Shown: piece by piece, positions 30,149-39,178 of the stretch
How the letters are laid out: every line of letters begins with the position of its first letter
How positions within the stretch are numbered: position 1 is the first letter of the stretch
Assembly: GCA_964621305.1 (NCBI GenBank)
Contig: CAZUOM010000002.1
Span: 73,733-137,732, forward strand
Direction of reading: 5' to 3'
From: an uncultured Gammaproteobacteria bacterium
GTDB taxonomy: Bacteria > Patescibacteriota > Microgenomatia > UBA10105 > UBA927
DNA length: 64,000 nucleotides
Program-made: the position numbers and the translations under genes
The notes under the pieces: generated by a model
Seen by the model: the letters and a program-made list of their open reading frames with translations, nothing else
Told to the model about the DNA's origin: nothing
Database searches by the model: none

Positions 30149-30420
30149 TGGTTTGCGTGCTTCTTCGGCGTTCCGTATACGTAGTGGTCAAGTTCAATAG
30201 AGACATCCGTGGGTGTTCCCGGCGGGGTAGGGTGTTTTTTATGAAATGCATCAAGCCACTTCAGAAAGTCCTGGCGGCGCTGTTTAGGCGTCAGCTTGGG
30301 TTCCACGTAGTGTTTGATAGACCTGCGTATGACGTCAGAGACAGAGGTGCCTTCTCGTTTGGCTTGCTCCTGGGCGAGTCGGTAAGTGGCCGGATCGATA
30401 TAGAGTTGCGTGCGTTTCAT
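30145..30420 (-). CDS. RHH/CopG antitoxin
   Basis: MKRTQLYID...SVSDVIR; D.S...DHYVYG. Confidence 0.85.
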   Translation of the reverse strand: MKRTQLYIDPATYRLAQEQAKREGTSVSDVIRRSIKHYVEPKLTPKQRRQDFLKWLDAFHKKHPTPPGTPTDVSIELDHYVYGTPKKHANQ

Positions 30421-30501
30421 TAGCATACATCATTAACATACATCATCAAATACTGTATGTCAAGTGCTTGACGGGTATCAAAGGGAGAATATAATAGGAG
30501 C

Positions 30502-31101
30502 ATGCAAGCCCTGAAGTATGCCTCTGTCGCCATCTCCGGCAGGCCCGGGGCGGGTAGATCAACGCTTCTAAAAAATCTCCGGCAATACCTTGAGCCTCTC
30601 GGTTGGGAATTTTTTTCCGGTGGCGACTGGTCGCGGCAGTTTTCCATAGCCGCCGGCAAGCAGGATCCCAATGACCCCAAACATCATGTTGCCACTGACT
30701 ATGGAGACGAGATTGATCATCAAATTGATGCAGCGATGCGGCAGAAAGTTTCTGACCCAAATGTCCACATGGCAATTGAGTCCTGGATTGCAGGCTGGAA
30801 TGCACGAGAGATACAGCATGTTCTGCGTGTTCTTTTGATGTGCGATGACGCACTGCGTATAGACCGAATTGTCAACCGAGATGGAGTTGCTGTGGAAGAA
30901 GCAAAAAAACACTTGCGGGAGCGGGAGGAAACAAACCTTGGAAAATGGAAGCGTATGTACGGAGTCGACGACTTTTGGGACCCAAAACACTATGATCTGA
31001 TAATAAACACTTACTCACATAGCCCCAAAGAAACTCTTGATCTTGTCCTTCAGGCCCTCGGCTACTTTTCCGCAAACGGACAGCAAAAAGAGACAATATG
31101 A
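30502..31101 (+). CDS. cmk: Cytidylate kinase (archaeal-type family)
   Basis: ISGRPGAGRST, D..ID, R.RE.....W..MYG, YDLIINT. Confidence 0.75.
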   Translation: MQALKYASVAISGRPGAGRSTLLKNLRQYLEPLGWEFFSGGDWSRQFSIAAGKQDPNDPKHHVATDYGDEIDHQIDAAMRQKVSDPNVHMAIESWIAGWNAREIQHVLRVLLMCDDALRIDRIVNRDGVAVEEAKKHLREREETNLGKWKRMYGVDDFWDPKHYDLIINTYSHSPKETLDLVLQALGYFSANGQQKETI

Positions 31102-31155
31102 CTCCGAAGACATAAATTTGACAATTTGTACATATTGTACTAATATAGATTTTGT

Positions 31156-31437
31156 ATGACGATTACTGTCTCCATCAGCCAGTTTCGACAAAACATGTCA
31201 AAGTACCTTCTCGGGAGGCAGGAAGGTGACATCATTAGGCTTAAAGACGACAAGCGGGGAGTGTATATTGCTGACGTTATTCCTAGAAAAACGTTTGATC
31301 CTGTGGCTTTTGAGAGAGCACTGCAGGAGTCGGCAGGAGTATTCACTGCAAAGAACCATCCTGAATGGCGTACCAAAAGAGATGTGATCAGGTGGGTGCG
31401 AAAAGAACGGAAAGCCGCGGATCGCTGGTTTAATTGA
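31156..31437 (+). CDS. Phd-like antitoxin
   Basis: VSISQFRQNMSKYL; directly before vapC. Confidence 0.75.
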   Translation: MTITVSISQFRQNMSKYLLGRQEGDIIRLKDDKRGVYIADVIPRKTFDPVAFERALQESAGVFTAKNHPEWRTKRDVIRWVRKERKAADRWFN

Positions 31438-31441
31438 GGGT

Positions 31442-31822
31442 ATGTTTCTTATAGACACGGACATTCTTATATGGGTGCTGCGAGGAAACAAAGAGCATGT
31501 TGAGCTGCTCCGGCATCTCAAGGAGCAAAAACCACTTTCCATATCAGCTATAACGGTCGCGGAAGTATACAAAAACACTTTTGCCGTAGAACTTCATCGT
31601 ACAGAGAAGATGTTAAACGAATTATATTTATGGGATGTAAACCGGCCCATTGCCAGACAGGCAGGGTTATATTGGCAGCAATTTGCCAAGCAGTTTAAAA
31701 ATCTTCATATCCTCGATTGTATTATAGCCGCGACGGCTCGAGAGCACAATCTTGAGCTCATAACACTCAACACGAGGCATTTCCCCATGGCAGATATCAT
31801 TGTGGGGAAGTTTCACGCCTAA
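31442..31822 (+). CDS. vapC: VapC/PIN toxin
   Basis: LIDTDILI, E, DCIIAATA, TLNTRHF. Confidence 0.9.
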   Translation: MFLIDTDILIWVLRGNKEHVELLRHLKEQKPLSISAITVAEVYKNTFAVELHRTEKMLNELYLWDVNRPIARQAGLYWQQFAKQFKNLHILDCIIAATAREHNLELITLNTRHFPMADIIVGKFHA

Positions 31823-31826
31823 ATGT

Positions 31827-32360
31827 ATGATTCCGACGGAAGAACAGATAAAGGCGCTATGGATAAAGTACCGGCTGCCGGTGGGGAAACGAAAACATAT
31901 GGAGGTTGTGGCGCGGGTCGCTGGATTTATTGCAGACAAATTAGACCAATTAGGCAAATTTGACAAATTAGATAAACCACTATTAATTGCTGGCGCACTT
32001 CTTCACGACATTGACAAAAAAGTTCCACGGTCCCCGGGTGAGCAGCATCCGGATACTGCGGTGAGAATTCTTAAAGAAGAGGGAATGGATGAGGTGGCGC
32101 TGTTGGTCGAGAAACACCCGCTTCATGTCATACTTGATCCGGCCGTCGCGTCCACGACACTAGTTGAAAAAATACTTTTTCTTGCAGACAAGATGGTTAA
32201 ATTTGATTACATTGGCGTCGACGAACGATTTAGACTTTGGAACGAGGAACACTTAGCTCCCGATGCGCAAAAAATCCTTGACACCGCGTACCCAAAAGTG
32301 AAAGCACTTGAACAGGAAATTTTCTCACTTTGCAAAATTGGTCTTCGTGATATAAAATAA
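31827..32360 (+). CDS. HD-domain phosphohydrolase
   Basis: H...V, ALLHDIDK, H, LADK. Confidence 0.85.
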   Translation: MIPTEEQIKALWIKYRLPVGKRKHMEVVARVAGFIADKLDQLGKFDKLDKPLLIAGALLHDIDKKVPRSPGEQHPDTAVRILKEEGMDEVALLVEKHPLHVILDPAVASTTLVEKILFLADKMVKFDYIGVDERFRLWNEEHLAPDAQKILDTAYPKVKALEQEIFSLCKIGLRDIK

Positions 32361-32369
32361 AAAACGCTT

Positions 32370-32909
32370 ATGAACATAAAACCATTTTTGGCTGTTTCTT
32401 CTCTAGTTATAACTCTTTTATCTACGCCATTTTTAATAGCAGCAAAAACTCCAGTGTCAGTCGTTGTACAAAAGTCAGAATATGTCCTTCCATACCCCGG
32501 AATTTTGCCAGATCATCCGCTATATTTTCTAAAACAGGCGCGAGACAAAATTTTAGATTTTCTCATTGTTGACCCGCTGCGAAAAGCAGAATTTTATATC
32601 CTCCAGGCAGACAAGCGGCTCGGCATGGGGATGATGCTTTTGGATAAAGGCATTGGTGCGCTTGCTGAAACGACGATGTCCAAGGGCGAAAACTATATGG
32701 AGCAGGCGATTTCATCACTTGTTAACCTGAAAGCAAGCGGAAAAGAAACCCCTGGTTATCTAGTTGATCGCCTTGAGCGCTCAGTAGATAAACACATTGA
32801 AGTTATTGCCGCCCGATCATCAAATGAAAGCGGTCCAGTTAAAGACGCACTGACTGGGCTTTTGGAAAGAGTAAAAAAATTGCGGACACAAGCGGCGAAA
32901 GTAAAATAA
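32370..32909 (+). CDS. DUF5667-like exported protein
   Basis: Signal peptide; LPYPGILPDHPLYFLK..RD, ADKRL. Confidence 0.7.
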   Translation: MNIKPFLAVSSLVITLLSTPFLIAAKTPVSVVVQKSEYVLPYPGILPDHPLYFLKQARDKILDFLIVDPLRKAEFYILQADKRLGMGMMLLDKGIGALAETTMSKGENYMEQAISSLVNLKASGKETPGYLVDRLERSVDKHIEVIAARSSNESGPVKDALTGLLERVKKLRTQAAKVK

Positions 32910-33029
32910 TCGAACACAGATTTTTTTCTTTGTTTTTTTGACATTAGTTTTTTGCCGTACTTTTTCCTCACAAAAAGTCTCCTGAAGCTAAAAAATCCTG
33001 TTGATTTTTTTTGATATAGAAATTGCCAG

Positions 33030-33092
33030 TTGACGAGGTTTTATTTGCCTTATATAGTGGCTAATTGTTTACCCATGCCACACATATAGCGT
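33030..33092 (+). promoter_or_regulatory. Sigma70 promoter with two candidate NrdR boxes
   Basis: TTGACG-N17-TATAGT; TTGCCTTATATAGTGG (33045) and GCCACACATATAGCGT (33077), 32 bp apart, imperfect matches. Confidence 0.55.
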
Positions 33093-33106
33093 TTGAGTTT
33101 TCATTC

Positions 33107-33553
33107 ATGAAATGTCCGTATTGCAACAATCATGACAGTGATGTAATAGAAACGCGAGACAGTGAAGACTTAACGGTTACACGAAGAAGAAGGGTTTGTC
33201 CCAAGTGTGCGAAGAGGTTTACGACCTACGAGAGAGTTGAAACAGTACCGCTAACAGTCATAAAAAAAGACGAGCGGCGAGAAACATTTGACAGGGAAAA
33301 ACTGCGACGCGGCATTTGGCGGGCAAGCGGTAAAACAAAGATAAAAGCCGACGACGTTGACCGAATTGTTGATGAAGTCGAACGTGAACTAATCGCCGGC
33401 GAGACGACCGAAGTATCTAGCAAAAAAATAGGAGAGCTGGTTGCCAGGCGACTTAAGAGACTCGATAAGGTGGCATACATCCGATTTGCTAGTGTATTTA
33501 GAAGATTTGTAGATGTTGAAGATTTTGAGAAAGAAGTAAAAAAATTGCTTTGA
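33107..33553 (+). CDS. nrdR: Transcriptional repressor NrdR
   Basis: MKCPYC...RRRRVCPKC..RFTTYE; ATP cone; AYIRFASV. Confidence 0.97.
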   Translation: MKCPYCNNHDSDVIETRDSEDLTVTRRRRVCPKCAKRFTTYERVETVPLTVIKKDERRETFDREKLRRGIWRASGKTKIKADDVDRIVDEVERELIAGETTEVSSKKIGELVARRLKRLDKVAYIRFASVFRRFVDVEDFEKEVKKLL

Positions 33554-33673
33554 GCACAATGCCAATCAACTAATGATATGCCAATACAACGAATAAAATA
33601 ACGAATGCAACAAATTTGTAGATTGGTTATGCATTCGTAGCATTGGTACAGATTTGTAGATTGGATTATAAAT

Positions 33674-36079
33674 ATGCAACTTACCGGTATTCGTCAACAA
33701 GTATTTCTTGACCGATACGCCAAGAAGGATGAGGCGGGTAAGCCCATTGAGCAAACGCCTGAGGAAATGTGGCGAAGGGTTGCTCATGCCATTGCCCAGG
33801 TGGAGTCAAAAGCCAAGCGTGATGAGTGGGAAGAAAAATTTTACAACGCGATGCAGGACTTCGTTTTGGTTCCAGGCGGACGGATTCTTTCCGGGGCAGG
33901 AACCGGATACAAGGTGACGTTTTATAATTGCTTCGTAATTCCCAGCCCGCAGGATTCCCGTTCCGGCATCCTCAAAACGCTTGCCCAGATGGTGGAGATT
34001 ATGTCCCGCGGTGGGGGGGTAGGGATCAACCTCTCCAGTCTCCGTGGCAGGGGGACTCGGGTGAAGAAGGTCAACGGGTTTTCCTCCGGCCCCTGCAACT
34101 GGGCGGAGCTTTTTTCCGTAGCAACAAAGGACATCATCCAACAGGGTGGCAGTCGTAGGGGCGCCCTCATGCTTATGCTCTGGGACTGGCATCCGGATAT
34201 TGAAGAATTTATTACGGTCAAGCAGGACCTTTCTCGCATCAACGGCGCAAACCTATCCGTTTGCGTGTCTGACGCATTCATGGAGGCGGTCAAAAACGAT
34301 AGGGACTGGGAGTTGGTTTTCCCGGACATTGATGATCCGGAGTATGACGAAGAGTGGGATGGGTATTTGCCCAACTGGATAGCGCTTGGCAAAAAAGTTA
34401 TCGTCCACAAAACTGTCAAAGCACGTACTATTTGGGACATGATTGCTCAGGCGGCATGGAGAAGTGCCGAGCCAGGTGTCGTCTTTATGGAACGGTACAA
34501 CAAGTGGTCTAACAATTATTACTGGGAATATATCAACTGTGTTAATCCTTGCGGTGAAGAGGGGCTTCCGAACTACGGGGTCTGCAATCTTACCTCCATT
34601 AATCTTTCAGCGCTCGTAAATGATCAGGGGGAGATGAATTATGAAAAACTTGCTGAAATTGCAAAAATCGGCGTCCGGTTTCAGGATGATGTCGTTGACG
34701 GAGACTTCTATGTATTTCCGGAAATTAAAAAGCGCCAGGTCGAAGGGGAGCGCCGGATCGGTCTTGGAACCGTGGGATTAGGGGATGCGCTTATCAAAAT
34801 GAAACTCCGTTACGGCTCCAAAGAAAGCCTGCCGGTGATTGACAGAATTTACCGGACGGTTCGCGACGCAGCCTATGCGACATCTGTTGATTTGGCTCGC
34901 GAAAAAGGCCCTTTTCCGGCAATTGACAAGAAAAAACACCTGGAGGGGTATTTTGTGAAACAGTTGCCGGAGGAAATACGCGAGAAAATGAAGAAGTGGG
35001 GAGTGCGCAACTCTGTCATTCTCCAACAGGCACCAACAGGCACAACGTCTCTTCTTTCCGGGGTTTCCAGCGGGATTGAGCCTGTGTATGAGTTCGAGAT
35101 GATCCGACACGACCGGCTAGGCGAGCACATCCTTCGGCACCCACTTTATGAAGCGTGGCATGAGGAGTTTAAAAAAATTCATGGTCGGGAGCCTGCAAGA
35201 GAAAGCCGGCCGGCACATTTTGTTTCCGCAAACGACTTATCACCTGAAGACCATGTTTCCGTACAGGCAACCATTCAGAAATACGTGGATGCTTCAATCA
35301 GTAAAACCGTGAATGCCCCCAACAGTCATACGGTTGAGGATGTGAAAAAACTTTACACTCTGGCTTACGAGCTTGGGTGCAAAGGCATTACCTACATGCG
35401 CGAAGGGAGCCGCCCGGGAGTCCTTTCCCGGCCGGATGAAAAAAACGGAGTTTCGCCGAATGGACAGGTGGCGGTAAAAGTTGAAGGCCACTACGTGCCG
35501 GAAGTCAAACCTCGTCCAGTGGTCGTGCACGGTTCCACCTACCAGGTAGAAACGCCCGTAGGTCAAGCGTACGTGACGATCAATACCAATGGCGGCAACC
35601 AGCCGGTGGAGTTATTTGTTAATGTGGGCAAAGCAGGAAGTGACGTGACGGCGATGGCGGAGGCGCTGGGACGCTTAGCATCCCTCATGCTTAGGATTGC
35701 TTCGCCAATAACTCCCATGGACAGGGTGCATAAAATCGCCTCAGAATTGATTGGCATCGGCGGCGCCCGTTCCCTGGGGTTTGGTGAAAATCGGGTGCGG
35801 AGCTTGCCGGATGCAGTTGCCAAAGTGATAGACCGGCACTTTGGGTTTTTTAAAAAACAGGAGATTGGGACAACTCTACCAACAAATGGACAGAAAAACG
35901 GACGCGTGCAGCCCGTTGTTGAGCCGGCGGAAAAACCGTTTGATCCGCGGCCCCAACAGATGGTGGTTACCGAAAAACGGGTAGTGACGGTGGACTTGTG
36001 CCCCAACTGCGGGGAAGGAAGTTTGGTTTTTGAGGAATCCTGCAAAAAATGTTACTCGTGTGGATACTCCGAGTGCTAA
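33674..36079 (+). CDS. nrdJ: Class II (AdoCbl-dependent) ribonucleotide reductase with C-terminal TSCPD/Zn region
   Basis: NCFV, QGGSRRGA, NPCGE, APTGT, SISKTVN, terminal C..CGYSEC; next to pduO. Confidence 0.92.
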   Translation: MQLTGIRQQVFLDRYAKKDEAGKPIEQTPEEMWRRVAHAIAQVESKAKRDEWEEKFYNAMQDFVLVPGGRILSGAGTGYKVTFYNCFVIPSPQDSRSGILKTLAQMVEIMSRGGGVGINLSSLRGRGTRVKKVNGFSSGPCNWAELFSVATKDIIQQGGSRRGALMLMLWDWHPDIEEFITVKQDLSRINGANLSVCVSDAFMEAVKNDRDWELVFPDIDDPEYDEEWDGYLPNWIALGKKVIVHKTVKARTIWDMIAQAAWRSAEPGVVFMERYNKWSNNYYWEYINCVNPCGEEGLPNYGVCNLTSINLSALVNDQGEMNYEKLAEIAKIGVRFQDDVVDGDFYVFPEIKKRQVEGERRIGLGTVGLGDALIKMKLRYGSKESLPVIDRIYRTVRDAAYATSVDLAREKGPFPAIDKKKHLEGYFVKQLPEEIREKMKKWGVRNSVILQQAPTGTTSLLSGVSSGIEPVYEFEMIRHDRLGEHILRHPLYEAWHEEFKKIHGREPARESRPAHFVSANDLSPEDHVSVQATIQKYVDASISKTVNAPNSHTVEDVKKLYTLAYELGCKGITYMREGSRPGVLSRPDEKNGVSPNGQVAVKVEGHYVPEVKPRPVVVHGSTYQVETPVGQAYVTINTNGGNQPVELFVNVGKAGSDVTAMAEALGRLASLMLRIASPITPMDRVHKIASELIGIGGARSLGFGENRVRSLPDAVAKVIDRHFGFFKKQEIGTTLPTNGQKNGRVQPVVEPAEKPFDPRPQQMVVTEKRVVTVDLCPNCGEGSLVFEESCKKCYSCGYSEC

Positions 36080-36083
36080 AGAC

Positions 36084-36159
36084 AGTTACAAGTTCATAAA
36101 GTTATAAAGTTTGTAAAGAGATTGCTTTATGAACTTTATAAACTTTCTACTTTATAACT
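36084..36159. repeat. Inverted array of degenerate AAAGTT(C/T)AT repeats
   Basis: aagttcataaagttataaagtttgtaaag ... ctttatgaactttataaactt. Confidence 0.7.
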
Positions 36160-36169
36160 CTTATCTTTT

Positions 36170-36709
36170 ATGTCGATCTACACCCGTACCGGTGACGACG
36201 GAACGACCGCGCTTTTTGGCGGAAAGAGGGTCTTAAAATGCGAAGATCTCGTGGATGCCTATGGTTCTTTAGATGAGCTCAATTCGTGGGTTGGATTCAT
36301 CGCCTCGCAGAGTAAAGAACAGAGCGAGAAAAAATTTCTTCAAACAATACAATCAGACCTTTTTACCATTGGGAGTACGCTGGCCGGATGGAAGGGGGAT
36401 ATAACACAACTGGGCAAACGCGTTATAGAAATGGAACAATGGATCGACCGGATGGAAAAAGTCCTGCCAGAACTTACGAACTTTATTCTTCCCGGCGGGT
36501 CAACCAACGGAGCACGAGTTCATTTGGCGCGAAGCGTTTGCCGGCGGGTTGAACGAAAAATTGTTGCGTTGAAGAAAAAACAAGAGGTTGATCTATCTAT
36601 TATTGAATATCTTAACCGTTTTTCGGACTTGCTATTTACTCTGGCGCGAATTATAAATAAGGACGCAAACGTACCAGAAATAATTTGGAATAGTAGAAAA
36701 AAAGCTTGA
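36170..36709 (+). CDS. pduO: ATP:cob(I)alamin adenosyltransferase (PduO type)
   Basis: IYTRTGDDGTT, AYG.LDELNS, FILPGG, R.VCRR.ER, YLNR.SD. Confidence 0.93.
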   Translation: MSIYTRTGDDGTTALFGGKRVLKCEDLVDAYGSLDELNSWVGFIASQSKEQSEKKFLQTIQSDLFTIGSTLAGWKGDITQLGKRVIEMEQWIDRMEKVLPELTNFILPGGSTNGARVHLARSVCRRVERKIVALKKKQEVDLSIIEYLNRFSDLLFTLARIINKDANVPEIIWNSRKKA

Positions 36710-36863
36710 TTGGGGGAATCGTGGTGCAATCCCACGGCTGTGCCGCAACTGTATAGCCAGACTACCCAATCACGCGTCATCCCAGCATCACCAGAATGTG
36801 CTGGGTAAACCTTCGAGCAAAGGGCAGTTTTTATACGCGCCTTCTCGCTCGAGGAGGTTTTTT
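36707..36863 (+). promoter_or_regulatory. Minimal cobalamin riboswitch followed by a terminator-like hairpin
   Basis: GGGAA-CGTGG-TGCAATC-CCACG-GC-TGTGCC-GC-AACTGT...GCCAG, closed by TGATTGGG/CCCAATCA; hairpin 36807-36860 plus T tract. Confidence 0.75.
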
Positions 36864-36877
36864 GATGGGAAATAGAT

Positions 36878-38728
36878 ATGGGTAAATTTAATAAGGAAGT
36901 TTTTAGGATATCCTACGAGGTTTTGAAAAAAAAAGTTGTTGCGGCAAACCCCGACTTTTCCGAGCACGACATTAACATCGAAACGGCTCAGCGGTTCCGC
37001 CCGCGGTTTTTCCTTGACATGGCAACTGTTCGCCACGAAGATCGGGGGACAAAAAAATACGCCGTTGGCGACATAGAGCTTTTATCTACCGGAGACATTT
37101 ACTATAGGCAATATGGCGTAACCTTAGAAGAACTTAATGAAAATACTCGATTATATAATCCAAACGCTTACTTAGTAACTGACCATCAAGCCTCACGGCT
37201 GGCGGCACAAAGGTTACACGCAGGAGCTTCAATCGTAGCTTTTGCTTCCGCTAGGAAAGGCAGCGATAACCGGGATATTCAGGTTCTCACAATTGATCCG
37301 GTAACAAAAAAAGGAATATCCATAACCATAAACGCCGCCTCAGACGGAGGGCTTCATACGTTTTCAGAAATGCAGAGAGTGATTCAAAACTTATTTCCAG
37401 AGCTCACTCAAGTTCAACCTCAAGAGAATGTAAGCATTTTTACTGATAGACCAACTTCTGTTGAAAGAGCTCGCCAGATTGTTTCAAGAGTCAATTTTAG
37501 CCAGCAGCTGCGGACAGGAAAAGTAGTTAGGGAAAACAATCATGATATGCAGAAAAGGACTAATGATTTTAGAGCGTTTAGGTCACAAGACGACAAAAAG
37601 TTAACAGTCGTGAAAACAGAGACAAAAATAGCAAATGACCGACGCCGAGCGATACGTGACATTTTTGTCTATCGTCAAAAAGGCTGGATAGAGTTACAAC
37701 CGAATCAATCGATAAACCGAGGTTATGAAAAAATAAAACATATTATTATTGATGCAAACCAAAGGCGTTACACCGACATGAAAAAAACGGCTCTTACGCT
37801 TTGGTTTGCAGGTAAAACTCAGGTTGCCATTGGTGCTGTTCCACTGTTGGTTGCCTCTTTGGCAAAAGAAATACCCCAGCCGCTGCGAGCGGTTGAAAAA
37901 AGCATTGCGCGGCATCAAAAGAAAGAGGCAAAAAGGCTCTATAAAGAAAAAAAGAAGATTAGGGAACGACAAAAAAGGCATGCTCAAGAGAGCATTGAGA
38001 GAGGTAGAAAGATGGATATTGAAGATAAACTGAGAAGGCGCGAACCGAAACAAAAAAGAAAAAAGTCACAAAAAGAACGCACCGTTTTTTCTAAAGAAAC
38101 GCAGCGAAAAAAGAAAAAAGATAAGCCATTTCAATTCAAGGAGCAACGGGAGAAGAAACAAACGAAATATGTAGAAAGGTCAAAGATGAAAAAGGGAAAA
38201 GAAAGGTTTGTTAAAAAAGAAAAAAGGCTTACCAAGAATACGGAAAAAATGAAGAGGGGCGTTGTTAAGATGTGCACAGAAAAGGCATTAATACGAGCCC
38301 TTACTTTATGGGCAAAAAAATTGAAACAGAAGCGAGAAGAAGGCGAGAGCAGGGCAATTAGAACGGTATCAAAAAAAATAGAGGAATTGTTACGGTCACC
38401 AACTCTTTCCAAAAAAGCTGGGAAAGAACAAATCCCCACTGTAGGTTTTTCTTTTGCCTGGATTTTATGGCTTTTATTTGAACCATCGAGAAGAAGGCGG
38501 CTACGCCCAAAAGTAGGTAGGGCTGACAACTTAGGAAAGACAGAAATTATTCCAGAGGGGATAATAACTCAAGAGCAGAGACAGTGGCTGCTTTTGTGTA
38601 TCATTTGGTATTTGACTATGATACAGGAGACGGGATTAGGAAACAAAAAAAATTACAAACATGCTGGACATCATTTGCCCAAGCCTTTTGCCCAAACAGG
38701 CGTAATTTTTGCGTATCAATCGTGGTAG
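36878..38728 (+). CDS. Hypothetical protein with a very basic K/R-rich middle and hydrophobic C-terminal segments
   Basis: 616-aa ORF; no family recognised. Confidence 0.7.
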   Translation: MGKFNKEVFRISYEVLKKKVVAANPDFSEHDINIETAQRFRPRFFLDMATVRHEDRGTKKYAVGDIELLSTGDIYYRQYGVTLEELNENTRLYNPNAYLVTDHQASRLAAQRLHAGASIVAFASARKGSDNRDIQVLTIDPVTKKGISITINAASDGGLHTFSEMQRVIQNLFPELTQVQPQENVSIFTDRPTSVERARQIVSRVNFSQQLRTGKVVRENNHDMQKRTNDFRAFRSQDDKKLTVVKTETKIANDRRRAIRDIFVYRQKGWIELQPNQSINRGYEKIKHIIIDANQRRYTDMKKTALTLWFAGKTQVAIGAVPLLVASLAKEIPQPLRAVEKSIARHQKKEAKRLYKEKKKIRERQKRHAQESIERGRKMDIEDKLRRREPKQKRKKSQKERTVFSKETQRKKKKDKPFQFKEQREKKQTKYVERSKMKKGKERFVKKEKRLTKNTEKMKRGVVKMCTEKALIRALTLWAKKLKQKREEGESRAIRTVSKKIEELLRSPTLSKKAGKEQIPTVGFSFAWILWLLFEPSRRRRLRPKVGRADNLGKTEIIPEGIITQEQRQWLLLCIIWYLTMIQETGLGNKKNYKHAGHHLPKPFAQTGVIFAYQSW

Positions 38729-38737
38729 AATGATCGT

Positions 38738-39178
38738 ATGTATACGTCTGCCCGATCTTCTTCGGACGATCAAACAGTAAGCTTGCCACAACAGTCGGTT
38801 TCTGGGGGTGGAGTGGCAATTGGTAAAGAGGTTGAGGTGGTAGGAGTTAGTAGGGTAGAAGCGGCTGCCATCAAAGAGATCGGACGAGAGATTGAGTTGC
38901 CGCCAAATGTCACAAACGCCGGTGTTCAAGTGCGCCCAACAACAGTGCAGATTCCCAAGCCAGTTGCCCAGATGGGAGTAAAACCAGCTGGCCAAACAGT
39001 TATGCCGCCTGCTGTTTCGGTTTCCTTACCGCTTTCCGATGAGCAGATTGCTAAGGGGATGCACCAGGGCATCACAAGTTCCTGGCGCTGGCTTGCCGAG
39101 TGGTGCCGCCGACGGCTCAAACAGGCCCACATTGTGCTCAAAACTTTTCATGGGAAGATTGCGCGGGTGAAATCATGA
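38738..39178 (+). CDS. Hypothetical protein
   Basis: 146 aa; P/V-rich linker and SSWRWLAEWC; stop overlaps the next ATG. Confidence 0.7.
   Translation: MYTSARSSSDDQTVSLPQQSVSGGGVAIGKEVEVVGVSRVEAAAIKEIGREIELPPNVTNAGVQVRPTTVQIPKPVAQMGVKPAGQTVMPPAVSVSLPLSDEQIAKGMHQGITSSWRWLAEWCRRRLKQAHIVLKTFHGKIARVKS

Noticed and set aside
30448-30466. 5' ghost of the PRT gene (DIQYL vs DIKYL) on the minus strand
   Set aside because: It is five codons overlapping a TTGACA promoter, with no start codon; too weak.
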